Assembly (NCBI GenBank): GCA_963783375.1
Contig: CAWANH010000028.1
Span: forward strand, 352,001 to 416,000
From: Candidatus Eiseniibacteriota bacterium
GTDB lineage: Bacteria; Eisenbacteria; RBG-16-71-46; JABDJR01
Reading direction: 5' to 3'
Length of the DNA stretch: 64,000 nt
The notes beneath the pieces were generated by a model. It searched no databases, had not been told where the DNA came from, and saw only the letters and a list, made by a program, of their open reading frames with translations. Position 1 is the stretch's first letter, and the number at the start of each line of letters is the position of its first letter. A program made the translations under genes and the position numbers. Positions 21,506 to 35,232 of the stretch are shown here, piece by piece.

Positions 21506-22878
21506 GACGATTCCTTTCGATGCGATTGCCACTCCCACCAGGCCTGGACGGGAAGGAGGGCGAGAACCGGCACCACTTCCAGGCCCTTCATGAGCATACT
21601 TTCCCGCCAGGGTCCGCCGGCCCGGAAAAGCGGGAGCGGGGCGTAGGCCAGGAACACGGTGATCGTCCAGAGCCACCAGGCGGGCTGGCGGCAGAGCACC
21701 GCGGCGGGAAGGAGCCAGAGCACGTACCAGGGGTGGGCGACCGGCGAGACCAGGAGGAGCGCCCCCACCGTCCAGGCGTAGACCGACGGCAGGGGGCGGC
21801 GGAGCGCGATCGTGGTCAGCCAGACAACCCCGACGATGATCGCCCCCCAGAGCTTGGCCTGGCGGAGCGAGGGCTCGAGGGCGCCCGACTCGCGGAAGAG
21901 AAACGTGAACAGGAAGTCGTTGGCCCGCCACTTGGCCGCGAACACTCCGAGGCTCCCCAGCGCATCCACCCCGTGAAGCTGAAACGGCAGGTAGAGCGCG
22001 GCCACGATAACCGGCAGGAAGGCCCATCGCCACCTGAGCCGCGGGAGCAACGCGGGCAGCGCCACCCAGGGCAGGAACTTCACCAGCCCGGCCAGGGTGA
22101 GCGCGACCCCGCTCGCCGTCCAGCGCCGGGCCGCCCACGCGGCCAGGGCCGCGGCCACCAGGCAGAGACCCACCGAATCGGCGTGCCCGCTCCCCGCGAA
22201 CTCCACCACCACCAGCGGATGCCAGAGGTAGAGCGCGGCCCATGTCCGGGGCCGGCCGGTCGCGGCCAGCGCGCGCACCAGGAACCAACCGGTCCCCAGG
22301 TCGAAGAGCGTCGCCGCCACCTTCCAGGCGGTCACGGAATGGGAGATCGCGGTCACCGCGGCGAAGAGGAGCTGGAGGAGCGGCGGGTAGATGGTGGGGA
22401 TGTTCGAGTACGGGAGGCGCGCCCACAGGGCGTCGCGAAGCGCGGCCAGCTCGGGCGCGTTGGGCGCGTAGCGGTAGGGGTTGATCCCGTGAAGCAGGAC
22501 GTGCCCGTCCCAGAGGTAGCGGTAGAGATCGTCGCTCAGGGTCGGGGGGGTGGTGAGGACCAGCAGCCGGAACACGACCGCCCCCGCCCAGATGAGCGCC
22601 ATCAGGCGCCGTTCCGAGGCCTCGGCGGGCGGGCCGGAGGGCGCGGGCGAAGCGGACGCGAGCGGGACGGGTTCGGGGGGAACGCCGCGGCCGGGTCGAA
22701 GGGAGGCGTGCGGGCCGAACGCGGGGCGCGCCACCCCCCAGGCCGCGGCCAGATAGGCCACCATGAGGAGCGCGTACACCGAAGCGAAGCGAGTGAACTC
22801 GAGGCCCCAGTCGGGTATGGTGAGGGCCGTTCCGTAGAGGAGAACCATGGCCAGACCCGAGGGCAGAAGCCACCACAT
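21502..22878 (-). CDS. GT87/DUF2029-like membrane glycosyltransferase
   Basis: LSDDLYRYLWDG, GINPY, TIYPP, WHPL..GH.D, HPWY; start uncertain (22878 or 22890). Confidence 0.8.
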   Translation of the reverse strand: MWWLLPSGLAMVLLYGTALTIPDWGLEFTRFASVYALLMVAYLAAAWGVARPAFGPHASLRPGRGVPPEPVPLASASPAPSGPPAEASERRLMALIWAGAVVFRLLVLTTPPTLSDDLYRYLWDGHVLLHGINPYRYAPNAPELAALRDALWARLPYSNIPTIYPPLLQLLFAAVTAISHSVTAWKVAATLFDLGTGWFLVRALAATGRPRTWAALYLWHPLVVVEFAGSGHADSVGLCLVAAALAAWAARRWTASGVALTLAGLVKFLPWVALPALLPRLRWRWAFLPVIVAALYLPFQLHGVDALGSLGVFAAKWRANDFLFTFLFRESGALEPSLRQAKLWGAIIVGVVWLTTIALRRPLPSVYAWTVGALLLVSPVAHPWYVLWLLPAAVLCRQPAWWLWTITVFLAYAPLPLFRAGGPWRESMLMKGLEVVPVLALLPVQAWWEWQSHRKESS

Positions 22879-22888
22879 CCGGAGAACC

Positions 22889-24425
<1,537 letters not shown>

Positions 24426-24429
<4 letters not shown>

Positions 24430-25325
24430 GCGGGGCCGGTGGACCGGGGGCGGGCGGGTCAGGGGGAGCGGGCTCGGACTCCGGCGGACCCTTCCGCCCG
24501 GGAGCCGGCGGGCCGGAACCCACCGGCACGGCGCGGGATCCGTCCGGGTCGACCGGCCCGGCGACGGAAGGCGCGCGGCCGGCCGGCCCGGCGTTCGGCA
24601 TGTTCGCCAAGCCGCCCCGGCCCGGCGAGGTCAAGACGCGGCTCGTGCCGCCGTTGTCGCCGGAGGGGGCGGCCAGGCTCTACGCGGCGATGCTGGCCGA
24701 CACCGCCGTGGCGCTGGCCGGGGCGGGGGTGGCGTGGGGGGTCGTCTCCACCGACGTCGCAGCCCAGCGGGCGGCGTGGCCCGCGAATGCGCCCGAGCCG
24801 CAGTTCTGGTTGACGCAAACCGGCGCGGATCTCGGGGAGCGTATGTCCAACGCGATGGCGGAACTGATCGGCCGGGGGTATCCCGGTGCGGTGCTGGTGG
24901 GAAGCGACCATCCCGCGGTCGACGCCGAAACCTACCGGCAGGCCGCGGCGCTTCTCGGGTCACCGGCGAGAGGCGGCGTCGCCGCGGAGAAGGGCGCGGC
25001 GGCGGTCTTCGGCCTCGGCCCCGGCGAGGAACTGAACGTCGTGCTCGGACCGACCCACGACGGCGGGTACTACCTGATCGGGCTGACCCGGCCCAACCCC
25101 TCTCTCTTCGGCGGGATCGAGTGGAGCACGCCCAAGGTGCTGGAAGACACGCTGGAGCGTCTGATCGTGATGCGGCTCCAGGCGGCGATGCTCGGGGCCT
25201 GTTGGGACGTGGACCGCCCGGAAGACCTGGAGCGCCTGCGTTCATGGCTGGAGGCCAACGCGGACCGGCCCGAGCCGCCGTGCCATTTCACCCGGGAGGT
25301 GATGGGGTCGCTGCGTCGGGTTTGA
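24426..25325 (+). CDS. DUF2064 (TIGR04282-like) glycosyltransferase
   Basis: [51 protein letters not shown]. Confidence 0.85.
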
Positions 25326-25426
25326 GTTCCATCCCGCAGCCCGAGTGCCGGCGGCGCGCCCGGGGGAACACGGCCGGCGCGAGAGCCTGACCCCGACGCG
25401 CACGGGCCTGACCTCGGCGCGCGGGT

Positions 25427-26520
25427 CTTTATTGCGAACATGGCTTCCCCGGGGAAGCACGCCGGAGCTTTATTGCGAACCTGGTGTACCCGGGTGCAAG
25501 TCGGAGGGTCAAGAGGCGAATACCCGGGTACCCACCGCCGGCGCGCGGGCCTTTATTGCGAACATTGCTTCCCCGGGGAAGCACGCCGGAGCTTTATCGC
25601 GAACCTGGTGTACCCGGGTGCAACCCAGCGGTTCGCCATGGACCCGGGACCCCGGCGCGCACCAGGCCTTATTGCGAACATTGCTTCCCCGGGGAAGCAC
25701 GCCGGAGCTTTATTGCGAACCTGGTGTACCCGGGTGCAACCCAGGGGGTGGAGAGGCGAATACCCGGGTACCCGCCGCCGGCGCGCGGGTCTTTATTGCG
25801 AACATTGCTTCCCCGGGGAAGCACGCCGGAGCTTTATTGCGAACCTGGTGTACCCGGGTGCAACCCAGCGGTTCGCCATGGACCCGGGACCCCGGCGCGC
25901 ACCAGGCCTTATTGCGAACATTGCTTCCCCGGGGAAGCACGCCGGAGCTTTATCGCGAACCTGGTGTACCCGGGTGCAACCCAGGGGGTGGAGAGGCGAA
26001 TACCCGGGTACCCGCCGCCGGCGTGCAGGCCTTTATTGCGAACATTGCTTCCCCGGGGAAGCACGCCGGAGCTTTATTGCGAACCTGGTGTACCCGGGTG
26101 CAACCCAGCGGTTCGCCATGGACCCGGGACCCTAGCGCGTGCGGGGGGTCGCCCCGGAATTCACCCGGGTGTGCGCGCGGTTGGGTGCGCGGGGCCGAGC
26201 CCGAAGTCTGCCCGGAGCTGCCAACGCCACCGCGAGCCTTTTTGTTGCGAACCCTTCATTGCGAACATTGCTTCCCCGGGGAAGCACGGCCGGAGCTTTA
26301 TCGCGAACCTGGTGTACCCGGGTGCAACCCAGGGGGTGGAGAGGCGAATACCCGGGTACCCACCGCCGGCACGCGGGTCTTTATTGCGAACATTGCTTCC
26401 CCGGGGAAGCACGCCGGAGCTTTATCGCGAACCTGGTGTACCCGGGTGCAACCCGGCGGATCGCCATGGGCCCGGGACCCCGGCCCGCGCGGGGGGTCGC
26501 CCCGGAATTCACCCGGGTGT
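25427..26520. repeat. Mosaic palindromic repeat array: 8 copies of a ~74-bp unit with alternating 50-bp and 42-bp linkers (240-bp period)
   Basis: Unit CTTTATTGCGAACATTGCTTCCCCGGGGAAGCACGCCGGAGCTTTAT(T/C)GCGAACCTGGTGTACCCGGGTGCAAC at 25427, 25551, 25667, 25791, 25907, 26031, 26254, 26379. Confidence 0.95.
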
Positions 26521-26619
26521 TCGCGCGATTGTGGGTGCGGGACCGGCCCCGAACTTCACCCGGGACCCCGGCATGGCACCGCGAAGGAACCCACGCAATG
26601 CGGCAACCGGACGAGCTCT

Positions 26620-26800
26620 GGCCGGCCTTCACCCCCGCCGCCGACTTCACCCGGACTCCAGGCCATCGGGCCGGCCTTCACCCCCGCCGCCGACTTCACC
26701 CGGACTCCAGGCCAGCGGGCCGGCCTTCACCCCCGCCGCCGACTTCACCCGGACTCCACCACGGGCCGGCGGAACCCCCACCTCGACTTCACCCGGACCC
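26620..26800. repeat. 49-bp tandem repeat (~3 copies plus one degenerate)
   Basis: GGCCGGCCTTCACCCCCGCCGCCGACTTCACCCGGACTCCA at 26620, 26669, 26718. Confidence 0.9.
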
Positions 26801-27047
26801 CGGGCCGGCGGCCCGATTCCTGGCGCCACCACGGCCCCGGGAAACGCCGCCGCCGCCCCTCGACGCCCGCCCCCCCCGGCTACCCCGTTCTCCCACGCCC
26901 AACACCCGGCCCCTCAGTCCCCACCCCCGACCCCCCGGGCCCCTGGTCGCGCCCCCCCCCACGCCCCCGCCTGCCCCCGCCGGTCTCAAAAGAGCCTCAA
27001 TCTCTTGCGCCATAATATTTTATCCGCACTCACCCCGGCGGACCGTG

Positions 27048-27077
27048 TTGCCCCCAACCCCTCCGAGCCGGTATGAT
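27048..27077 (+). promoter_or_regulatory. Candidate sigma70 promoter for pcnB
   Basis: TTGCCC-18-TATGAT ~50 nt upstream of the ATG. Confidence 0.45.
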
Positions 27078-27129
27078 CTTCTGTCTTCGCGTCGGCCGCC
27101 ACCCTCGGCCCTCGGAACCCAATATCATC

Positions 27130-28512
27130 ATGAAACCCACCATCCTCCCGCGCGCCGAACACACCATCTCCCGCAAGCTCATCGACCCCGATGCGTTGAA
27201 GGTGATGTACCGGCTCCTGAACGCCGGTCACCGGGCCTACCTGGTGGGAGGGGGGGTGCGCGATCTGCTCCTCGGGCGGACCCCCAAGGACTACGACGTG
27301 GGCACCGACGCCCACCCCCACCAGATCCGGAAGCTCTTCCGGAACTGCCGCCTGGTCGGCCGGCGCTTCCGCCTCGCCCACATCCATTTCGGCGACAAGA
27401 TCATCGAGGTCTCGACCTTCCGCCGGCGGGCCGAATTCGACGAGAGCGAGAACGGCGACCGCCTCATCCGCTCCGACAACACCTTCGGCACCCCGGAGGA
27501 GGACGCGGTCCGGCGGGACTTCACCATCAACGGGCTCTTCTACGACCTGGAGACCTTCTCGGTCCTGGACTACGTGGGGGGGATCGACGATCTGAACCGG
27601 CGGATCATCCGCAGCATCGGCGACTCCAACGAGCGCATCCCCGAGGATCCCGTCCGCATCCTCCGCGCCATCAAGTTCGGCGCCCGGCTGGGTTTCGACA
27701 TCGATCCCGAGCTCTGGGCGGCCATGATCCGCTTCGCCGCCGACATCCACAAGTGCGCCAAGGCCAGGGTGCTGGAGGAGATCTACCGGCTGCTCCGGGG
27801 CGGCGCCGCCGGGGCCTCGTTCCAGCTCATCGAGGAGTCCGGGCTCATGCAGGAGCTCCTCCCCGAGGTCCACGAATACCTCCAGGACCAGAGCGAGGGG
27901 AGGCGCGACCGGAACCGCCTGTTCTGGCAGTACCTGAACATCCTGGACGAACTCAAGAAGGACGAGGTGGAGCTCTCCAACGCGCTCCTCCTGGGATCGA
28001 TCGCCGTCCACCTCACCGGGGTCGCGGTGGGGCAGGCGGACGACGTCCAACCCGGAGACCTCAACAAGCGCGTGGACGAGCTCAGCCACGAGTGGGTCTC
28101 GCGGCTCGGGGTAGCCCGCCGCGACCGGGAGCGCATGGCCCACATGCTCCGATCCCAGCCCCGCTTCACCCGCCCGCGGGGCCGCCGCTTCCGGCCCCGG
28201 AGCTTCGTGACCAAGCACTACTACCCCGACGCCGAGGCGCTGTTCGCCCTGGGAGTGCGAGCCACCGGGAAGGAACTCGACACCCTGTCCCGCTGGCAGG
28301 CGGTGCGGGAAGAGGCCGGCGGGGTGATCGAGGAAGCGACCCCCGAGTCGGGAGAACGCTCCCGGCGCCACCGCCGCCGGAGACGCCCCTCGAGCGCCGC
28401 CGCCGCCCCCGCCGAGGCCCCGGCAAACGAATCGAAGAGCGAGGGAGAGAAGAAGTCGAGCCGGAACCGCCGCCGCCGTCGACGCCGCCATCGCCGCCCC
28501 GCCACGTCCTAG
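27130..28512 (+). CDS. pcnB: Poly(A) polymerase I
   Basis: LVGGGVRD, DYDV, PAP-specific LVGRRFRLAHIHF, RRDFTING, EDPVRILRA; Arg-rich tail. Confidence 0.92.
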   Translation: MKPTILPRAEHTISRKLIDPDALKVMYRLLNAGHRAYLVGGGVRDLLLGRTPKDYDVGTDAHPHQIRKLFRNCRLVGRRFRLAHIHFGDKIIEVSTFRRRAEFDESENGDRLIRSDNTFGTPEEDAVRRDFTINGLFYDLETFSVLDYVGGIDDLNRRIIRSIGDSNERIPEDPVRILRAIKFGARLGFDIDPELWAAMIRFAADIHKCAKARVLEEIYRLLRGGAAGASFQLIEESGLMQELLPEVHEYLQDQSEGRRDRNRLFWQYLNILDELKKDEVELSNALLLGSIAVHLTGVAVGQADDVQPGDLNKRVDELSHEWVSRLGVARRDRERMAHMLRSQPRFTRPRGRRFRPRSFVTKHYYPDAEALFALGVRATGKELDTLSRWQAVREEAGGVIEEATPESGERSRRHRRRRRPSSAAAAPAEAPANESKSEGEKKSSRNRRRRRRRHRRPATS

Positions 28513-28517
28513 GCCGC

Positions 28518-28633
28518 CCCACGACCCGCCGCGACTATCCCATGACCGAGCCCGACTACCCCACGACCCGCCGCGACCATCCCATGGCCGAGCCCGACTA
28601 CCCCATGACCGAGCCCGACTACCCCACGGCCGA
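28518..28633. repeat. 21-bp tandem repeat (5 copies plus a partial; two variants in order A-B-A-B-B)
   Basis: CCCACGACCCGCCGCGACTAT / CCCATGACCGAGCCCGACTAC between the convergent pcnB and glnA ends. Confidence 0.9.
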
Positions 28634-30100
28634 CAGCGTCTGGTCGATCAGCCCCGGCGGAAACACGCCGCCGGCCTCGAGCGCCGCGCGGTGATGAGCC
28701 AGGGCGGAAGCGGTCTGGGCCGCGCTCCTGGGGACCGCGGGCGCGGAACCCTTCCGGGCGGCCTCGGACCCGGATGCGGTGCGCTTCAATAGATCATCCA
28801 GGTCCTCGGTCTCACGCCCCAAAACCAGGGCCTGGGCGATCCCGGCCAGGAGAAGATGCGGGTGGGCGGAGCCGTCGGGAAGGCGGAACTCGATGGTCGG
28901 GGGAGCGACCGGCCGGCCGCCGTCGGTGAACGCGGTGATGGGGAGCCGGATCAGGGCCTGGCGGTCGAAGCGCCCCCAGACCACGGCGCTCGGCGCCTCC
29001 TTCCCCTGCCGGAGCCGGAGAAAGGAGCCCTTCCCCCGGTTCCCGAAGGCCATGAGCGCTCCCCCCATCTGGGCCAACCCGGCGATCAGCCACTGGGCGG
29101 AAGGGGCCAGGGAGCCGTCCGCGGCCACGCCCCCCGCGTGATCGCCGTTCACCACCGGGGACATGTGGAAGTGCAGCCCGTTCCCCGGATGACCTTCCTT
29201 CACGATCGGGTCGAAGGAACAGCGGTAGCCGTGGCGCCGGGCCAGGTTCTGGATCACCCAGCGGGTGAGGACCAGGGCGTCCGCCGCCCGCGGCAACGGC
29301 GCCAGTCCCAGCTCGATCTCGTGCTGTTCCCAGACCGTGCCGTCCTGCTCGCGACCGTCGATCACCCCGACCTCGCTGTGGCCGTACTTGACCGGCACCC
29401 CGATCTCGCCCAGGGCGACCAGGGCCTCCCGGCGGAGGGCTTCGCCGAACACGAAGGGCGCGGTGGCATGGTAGCCGCGGTCCTCGGGCCGGGCCGCGGT
29501 GTCCCCCGCCCCCACGTCCGCGCCCAGGAAGTACTCCACCTCGCCCAGGGCCCAGAGATCCACCCCGCACTCGGCCAGGACCCGTGCGTGGGCCTTGCGC
29601 ACCACGGTGTCCGGCGACTCGGGGAGCGGCTCCCCGTCCCGCCCGACGTGGCCGGAGAGGACGGCCAGGGTGGGAACCGGCGCGAAGGGATCGACGAACG
29701 CGGTCTGAAGCCGGGGGCGGAGCATGATGTCCGAAGCCCCGCTCTTGAGTCCGGCGAAGAGGCTCGATCCGTCGGCGCGTTCGCCTCCGGTCAGGATGTC
29801 CGTCAGATGGGCCTCGCCGGCCGGGACGAAGTCCAGGGTCTTGAGCCACCCGTCGCCCCCCACGTGCATCAGGCTCACCAGGCGGATTTCGTTCTCCTGG
29901 ACGAAGCGCACCAGGTCGTCGACCGTCCACTCGGTGCGCGGCTTGCCGAGCGCCCGTTCCAGGCGGCCGGCGGGAAGGTAACCCGAGGCCGGCCGGGACA
30001 CGGTTCCGCCGGCGGACGTCCTGAGGGCGTCCGCGTCGGGCTGAACCGCCACCGGGGTTTCTTCGTGCACGGTCTTTCCGGTCGGATCGAGAGTCTTCAT
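28619..30100 (-). CDS. glnA: Glutamine synthetase family protein
   Basis: DGSS, EVEYF, HSEVG, QHEI, GNGLHFH, IEFRLPD. Confidence 0.8.
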   Translation of the reverse strand: MKTLDPTGKTVHEETPVAVQPDADALRTSAGGTVSRPASGYLPAGRLERALGKPRTEWTVDDLVRFVQENEIRLVSLMHVGGDGWLKTLDFVPAGEAHLTDILTGGERADGSSLFAGLKSGASDIMLRPRLQTAFVDPFAPVPTLAVLSGHVGRDGEPLPESPDTVVRKAHARVLAECGVDLWALGEVEYFLGADVGAGDTAARPEDRGYHATAPFVFGEALRREALVALGEIGVPVKYGHSEVGVIDGREQDGTVWEQHEIELGLAPLPRAADALVLTRWVIQNLARRHGYRCSFDPIVKEGHPGNGLHFHMSPVVNGDHAGGVAADGSLAPSAQWLIAGLAQMGGALMAFGNRGKGSFLRLRQGKEAPSAVVWGRFDRQALIRLPITAFTDGGRPVAPPTIEFRLPDGSAHPHLLLAGIAQALVLGRETEDLDDLLKRTASGSEAARKGSAPAVPRSAAQTASALAHHRAALEAGGVFPPGLIDQTLSAVG

Positions 30101-30391
30101 CCCGCACCCCTTTCGAGCCGCCCCCCACGGGGCGACCCACCCGCCAACGGGCGGCGCCGGGCATTTCCGGCCGCGCCGACGCCGCGTCGATTCTGACAAC
30201 TCCCGCCGGGAATCGGGGGATACACATTACCGAAACCCGATATTGACCGAAATGGACGATTTCAAGCGGCGAACGCCTCCCGAGCCGCTCCCCAGAGGCC
30301 GGAGAGCCGGCCGGCGGAACCCCGTTCGACGGGGTTGCCGGTCTGGTAGGCTTCTCCGAGCACGTCGAACGGGGGAAGCGGGGATATCCGG

Positions 30392-31216
30392 ATGACCACG
30401 AGCAAGCGGCGGCCGCGCCCGGTGGCGGTGCCGCCGGAGTTCTTCAGGCAACTGGCGGAGCTGGCCGCGGAGCGAACCCCGCTGGTCCTGGTGACCGTGT
30501 CCGAGGCCTCGGGGAGCGCGCCGGGAAAGGCCGGGGCCAAGATGATCGTGACCGCCGGCGCCACCCACGGCACCGTCGGCGGCGGCCGGGTGGAGAAGGC
30601 GGCCATCGCCCGCGCCCGCGAGCTTCTGGGCGGGTTCAGCGAGCCCGAGATCCAGCGGGTCAACGTGGTGCAGGACCTGGGTATGTCCTGCGGGGGGAGC
30701 ATGAGCCTCATGTACGAAACGGTCACGCCGGCGCCTCGGCTGGTGATCTTCGGCGCCGGTCACATCTCCCAGCCCCTGGCCGCGGTGGCCGCGGTGGCCG
30801 GATTCGACGTCACCGTCTGCGATGAGCGCGCCGACTGGCTCACCGAGGAGCGCTTTCCCGACGCCCGGGAGCGGATCCTGGCCGGGTGGGACGACGTGGT
30901 GGACCGGGCGAAGCTCGACGGGCAGACCTTCGTGGCCTCGGTCTCCCCCGGCCACGCCTTCGACAAGGAGATCGTGAAGCGGGTGGCGGCCGGGGCGCCC
31001 CGGCCGCGCTACGTGGGGGTGATCGGGAGCCGGCGTAAGGCGGCGATCCTGAAGAAGGAGCTGGTCGCGGAAGGCATCGACCCCGCCTTCGTGGAGGCGC
31101 TTCACATTCCGATGGGATTCAACATCGGGGCGGTGGAACCGCGGGAGATCGCGGTTTCGGTGGTGGCGGAGCTGGTGGCCGAGCTTCGCGGGATGAATCG
31201 GGCGGAGGGCTGGTAG
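30392..31216 (+). CDS. xdhC: XdhC/CoxI molybdenum-cofactor chaperone
   Basis: GSAP, GTVGGG..E, MSCGG, FGAGH, YVGVIGSRRK, PREIAVS. Confidence 0.92.
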   Translation: MTTSKRRPRPVAVPPEFFRQLAELAAERTPLVLVTVSEASGSAPGKAGAKMIVTAGATHGTVGGGRVEKAAIARARELLGGFSEPEIQRVNVVQDLGMSCGGSMSLMYETVTPAPRLVIFGAGHISQPLAAVAAVAGFDVTVCDERADWLTEERFPDARERILAGWDDVVDRAKLDGQTFVASVSPGHAFDKEIVKRVAAGAPRPRYVGVIGSRRKAAILKKELVAEGIDPAFVEALHIPMGFNIGAVEPREIAVSVVAELVAELRGMNRAEGW

Positions 31217-31298
31217 CCGTGCCCGCGGCGTTCACCGGGGCGCGCATGGATGCGCGCGCGCGCCGCCGGCGTCATCGCGCGGCGGGAGGACGGTAGCC

Positions 31299-31967
31299 GT
31301 GCCCGCCTTCCACGAGAGCGCCGGGGGGGTCTCCCCGGGGACCCGCACCCGGGGGCTCCCGTTCCGGGTCCGCGCCGGAGGCTCGGTGGGCGCGGTGATC
31401 CTCGCCGCCGGCCTCGGCCGAAGGATGGGCGGCCGCCCCAAGGCCCTCCTGGACCTGGACGGAACCACGTTCCTCGAGCGGGTGGCCGCCGCGTGCCGCG
31501 AGGGGGGATGCGGCGCCCTGTGGGCGGTGACCAACCCCGAGGTTCCCGGGATCGACGACCTGGCCGGGACCCTGGGACTTCGCACCGTGCCCAACCCCGA
31601 CTGGTCCCGCGGCATGTTCTCCAGCGTGGTGGAGGGGTTGCGCGAGGCCCTGGCCGACCGGCCGCGCTCCGACGGATTCCTGATCTTTCCGGTCGACCAT
31701 CCGAGAGTCCGGGGCGAGACGGTGGCCCGGCTCCTGGAATCCTTCCGGGTGCGCCCGGCGGGATCGTGGGTGCGGCCCGGTTTCGGGGGGCGGGGCGGCC
31801 ACCCGGTGGTGGTGGATGCGGCCTCGGCCGAGGCGCTCACCGCGATGAACCCGGAGATGGCGCTCCGGGACGCCATGGAGACGATCGGACTCGCCCCGTT
31901 CACGGTGCCGGTGGACGACCCCGGCGTGCTTCGGAACGTGAACACCCCGGAGGATCTGGAGAGCTAG
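31299..31967 (+). CDS. mocA: MocA-like molybdenum cofactor cytidylyltransferase
   Basis: LAAGLGRRMG..K, NPDW..GMFSS, VDHP, GHPV, NVNTPED; start uncertain. Confidence 0.8.
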   Translation: MPAFHESAGGVSPGTRTRGLPFRVRAGGSVGAVILAAGLGRRMGGRPKALLDLDGTTFLERVAAACREGGCGALWAVTNPEVPGIDDLAGTLGLRTVPNPDWSRGMFSSVVEGLREALADRPRSDGFLIFPVDHPRVRGETVARLLESFRVRPAGSWVRPGFGGRGGHPVVVDAASAEALTAMNPEMALRDAMETIGLAPFTVPVDDPGVLRNVNTPEDLES

Positions 31968-32038
31968 CCGCCCCGGCGAAAACCGCTATCCAGACATTCT
32001 TCCCCCGCCGCCCGCCGTGATTTGCGACAATGCGAACC

Positions 32039-34099
<2,061 letters not shown>

Positions 34100-34215
34100 C
34101 CGGCCACCGCCCCGCCGAGGCAATGAGACGGCCGGCCCGCGTGACGGACCGGCCGATTTGAATCCTCCGCCGCCTTCAAGGCTACGCGGCGGCGCAACGA
34201 ATCCCGGGATGATCC

Positions 34216-35163
34216 TCAGTCCGGAACGATCCAGGTCCCGGTCTTGCCCTCCAACGCCTTCACGATCGTCTCGGGCTTGGTGACCAGGCCCTTCCCCTTG
34301 GGGTTGGCCTCGAGGAACGCGATCAGGGCCTCGATCTTCGGCCCCATGCTCCCGGCCAGGAAGTGCCCTTCGGCCTGGAGCTTCCTGGCCTCGCTGAGGG
34401 TCATCCGGTCGAGCCACTTCTGATCCGGCTTGTTGAAGTTCACCGCCACCTTCTCCACCGCGGTGGAGATGAGGAACAGGTCGGCCTTGAGGTCGGCGGC
34501 CAGGAGGCTCGAGGCGCGGTCCTTGTCGATCACCGCGTAGACCCCCTTGAGGATTCCCTTTTCGTCCTCGACCACCGGAACCCCGCCCCCGCCGACCGCG
34601 ACCACGATGAACCCGTCGTCGATCAGGCGCTGGATCGCATCGCCTTCCACGATCTTCCGCGGAATGGGCGAGGCGATCATGCGCCGCCAGCCTCGGCCGG
34701 CGTCCTCGGTGACCGACCACCCCTGCTTCACGAAGACCTCGGCGTTCTCCTTGGTGGTGAACCCGCCGATCCCCTTGGTGGGGTTCTTGAAGCCGGGATC
34801 GTCCCGGTCAACCAGGACCTGGGTGACCAGCGAGACGACCTGGCGATGGATCCCCCGCTCCTTGAACTCGTTCAACAGCGCCTGGGAGATCATGTAGCCG
34901 ATCGCCCCCTGGGTATCGGCGCTGATCACGTCGAGCGGGGTCGAGTGGACCTCGGGATAGGCGAGCTCGTTCCGCCGCAGAATGAAACCCACCTGGGGAC
35001 CGTTCCCGTGGGTGACCACCACGTTCCAGCCTTGCTCGATCATGGCCGCGATGTGGTTGCAGGTCTCCACCACCGCGTGAACCTGGGACCCCACGTCCTC
35101 GTGCTGCTTGTCGTGAATCAGGGAATTGCCGCCGACGGCCACGACGGCCAGTTTGTCGCTCAT
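34216..35163 (-). CDS. arcC: Carbamate kinase
   Basis: VAVGGNS, THGNGPQVG, GGGGVPV, VIDKD, GSMGPK. Confidence 0.95.
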   Translation of the reverse strand: MSDKLAVVAVGGNSLIHDKQHEDVGSQVHAVVETCNHIAAMIEQGWNVVVTHGNGPQVGFILRRNELAYPEVHSTPLDVISADTQGAIGYMISQALLNEFKERGIHRQVVSLVTQVLVDRDDPGFKNPTKGIGGFTTKENAEVFVKQGWSVTEDAGRGWRRMIASPIPRKIVEGDAIQRLIDDGFIVVAVGGGGVPVVEDEKGILKGVYAVIDKDRASSLLAADLKADLFLISTAVEKVAVNFNKPDQKWLDRMTLSEARKLQAEGHFLAGSMGPKIEALIAFLEANPKGKGLVTKPETIVKALEGKTGTWIVPD

Positions 35164-35232
35164 ATAACCGCTCCTTCCACCCGGAGCCGGGACCGAAGCG
35201 GAGGCGCCCGCGCGCCCCCGCCGGCCGCGGTC

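Noticed and set aside
25427-26520. CRISPR array
   Set aside because: The repeat is ~74 bp, the 'spacers' are two recurring sequences, and there are no cas genes in the window.
25345-27076. Repeat-protein ORFs (e.g. YCEHCFPGEARRSF with CxxC) across the array
   Set aside because: All three + frames are open simply because the unit lacks stops. There is no clear RBS, and the same peptides recur in shifting frames. Coding cannot be excluded without proteomics.
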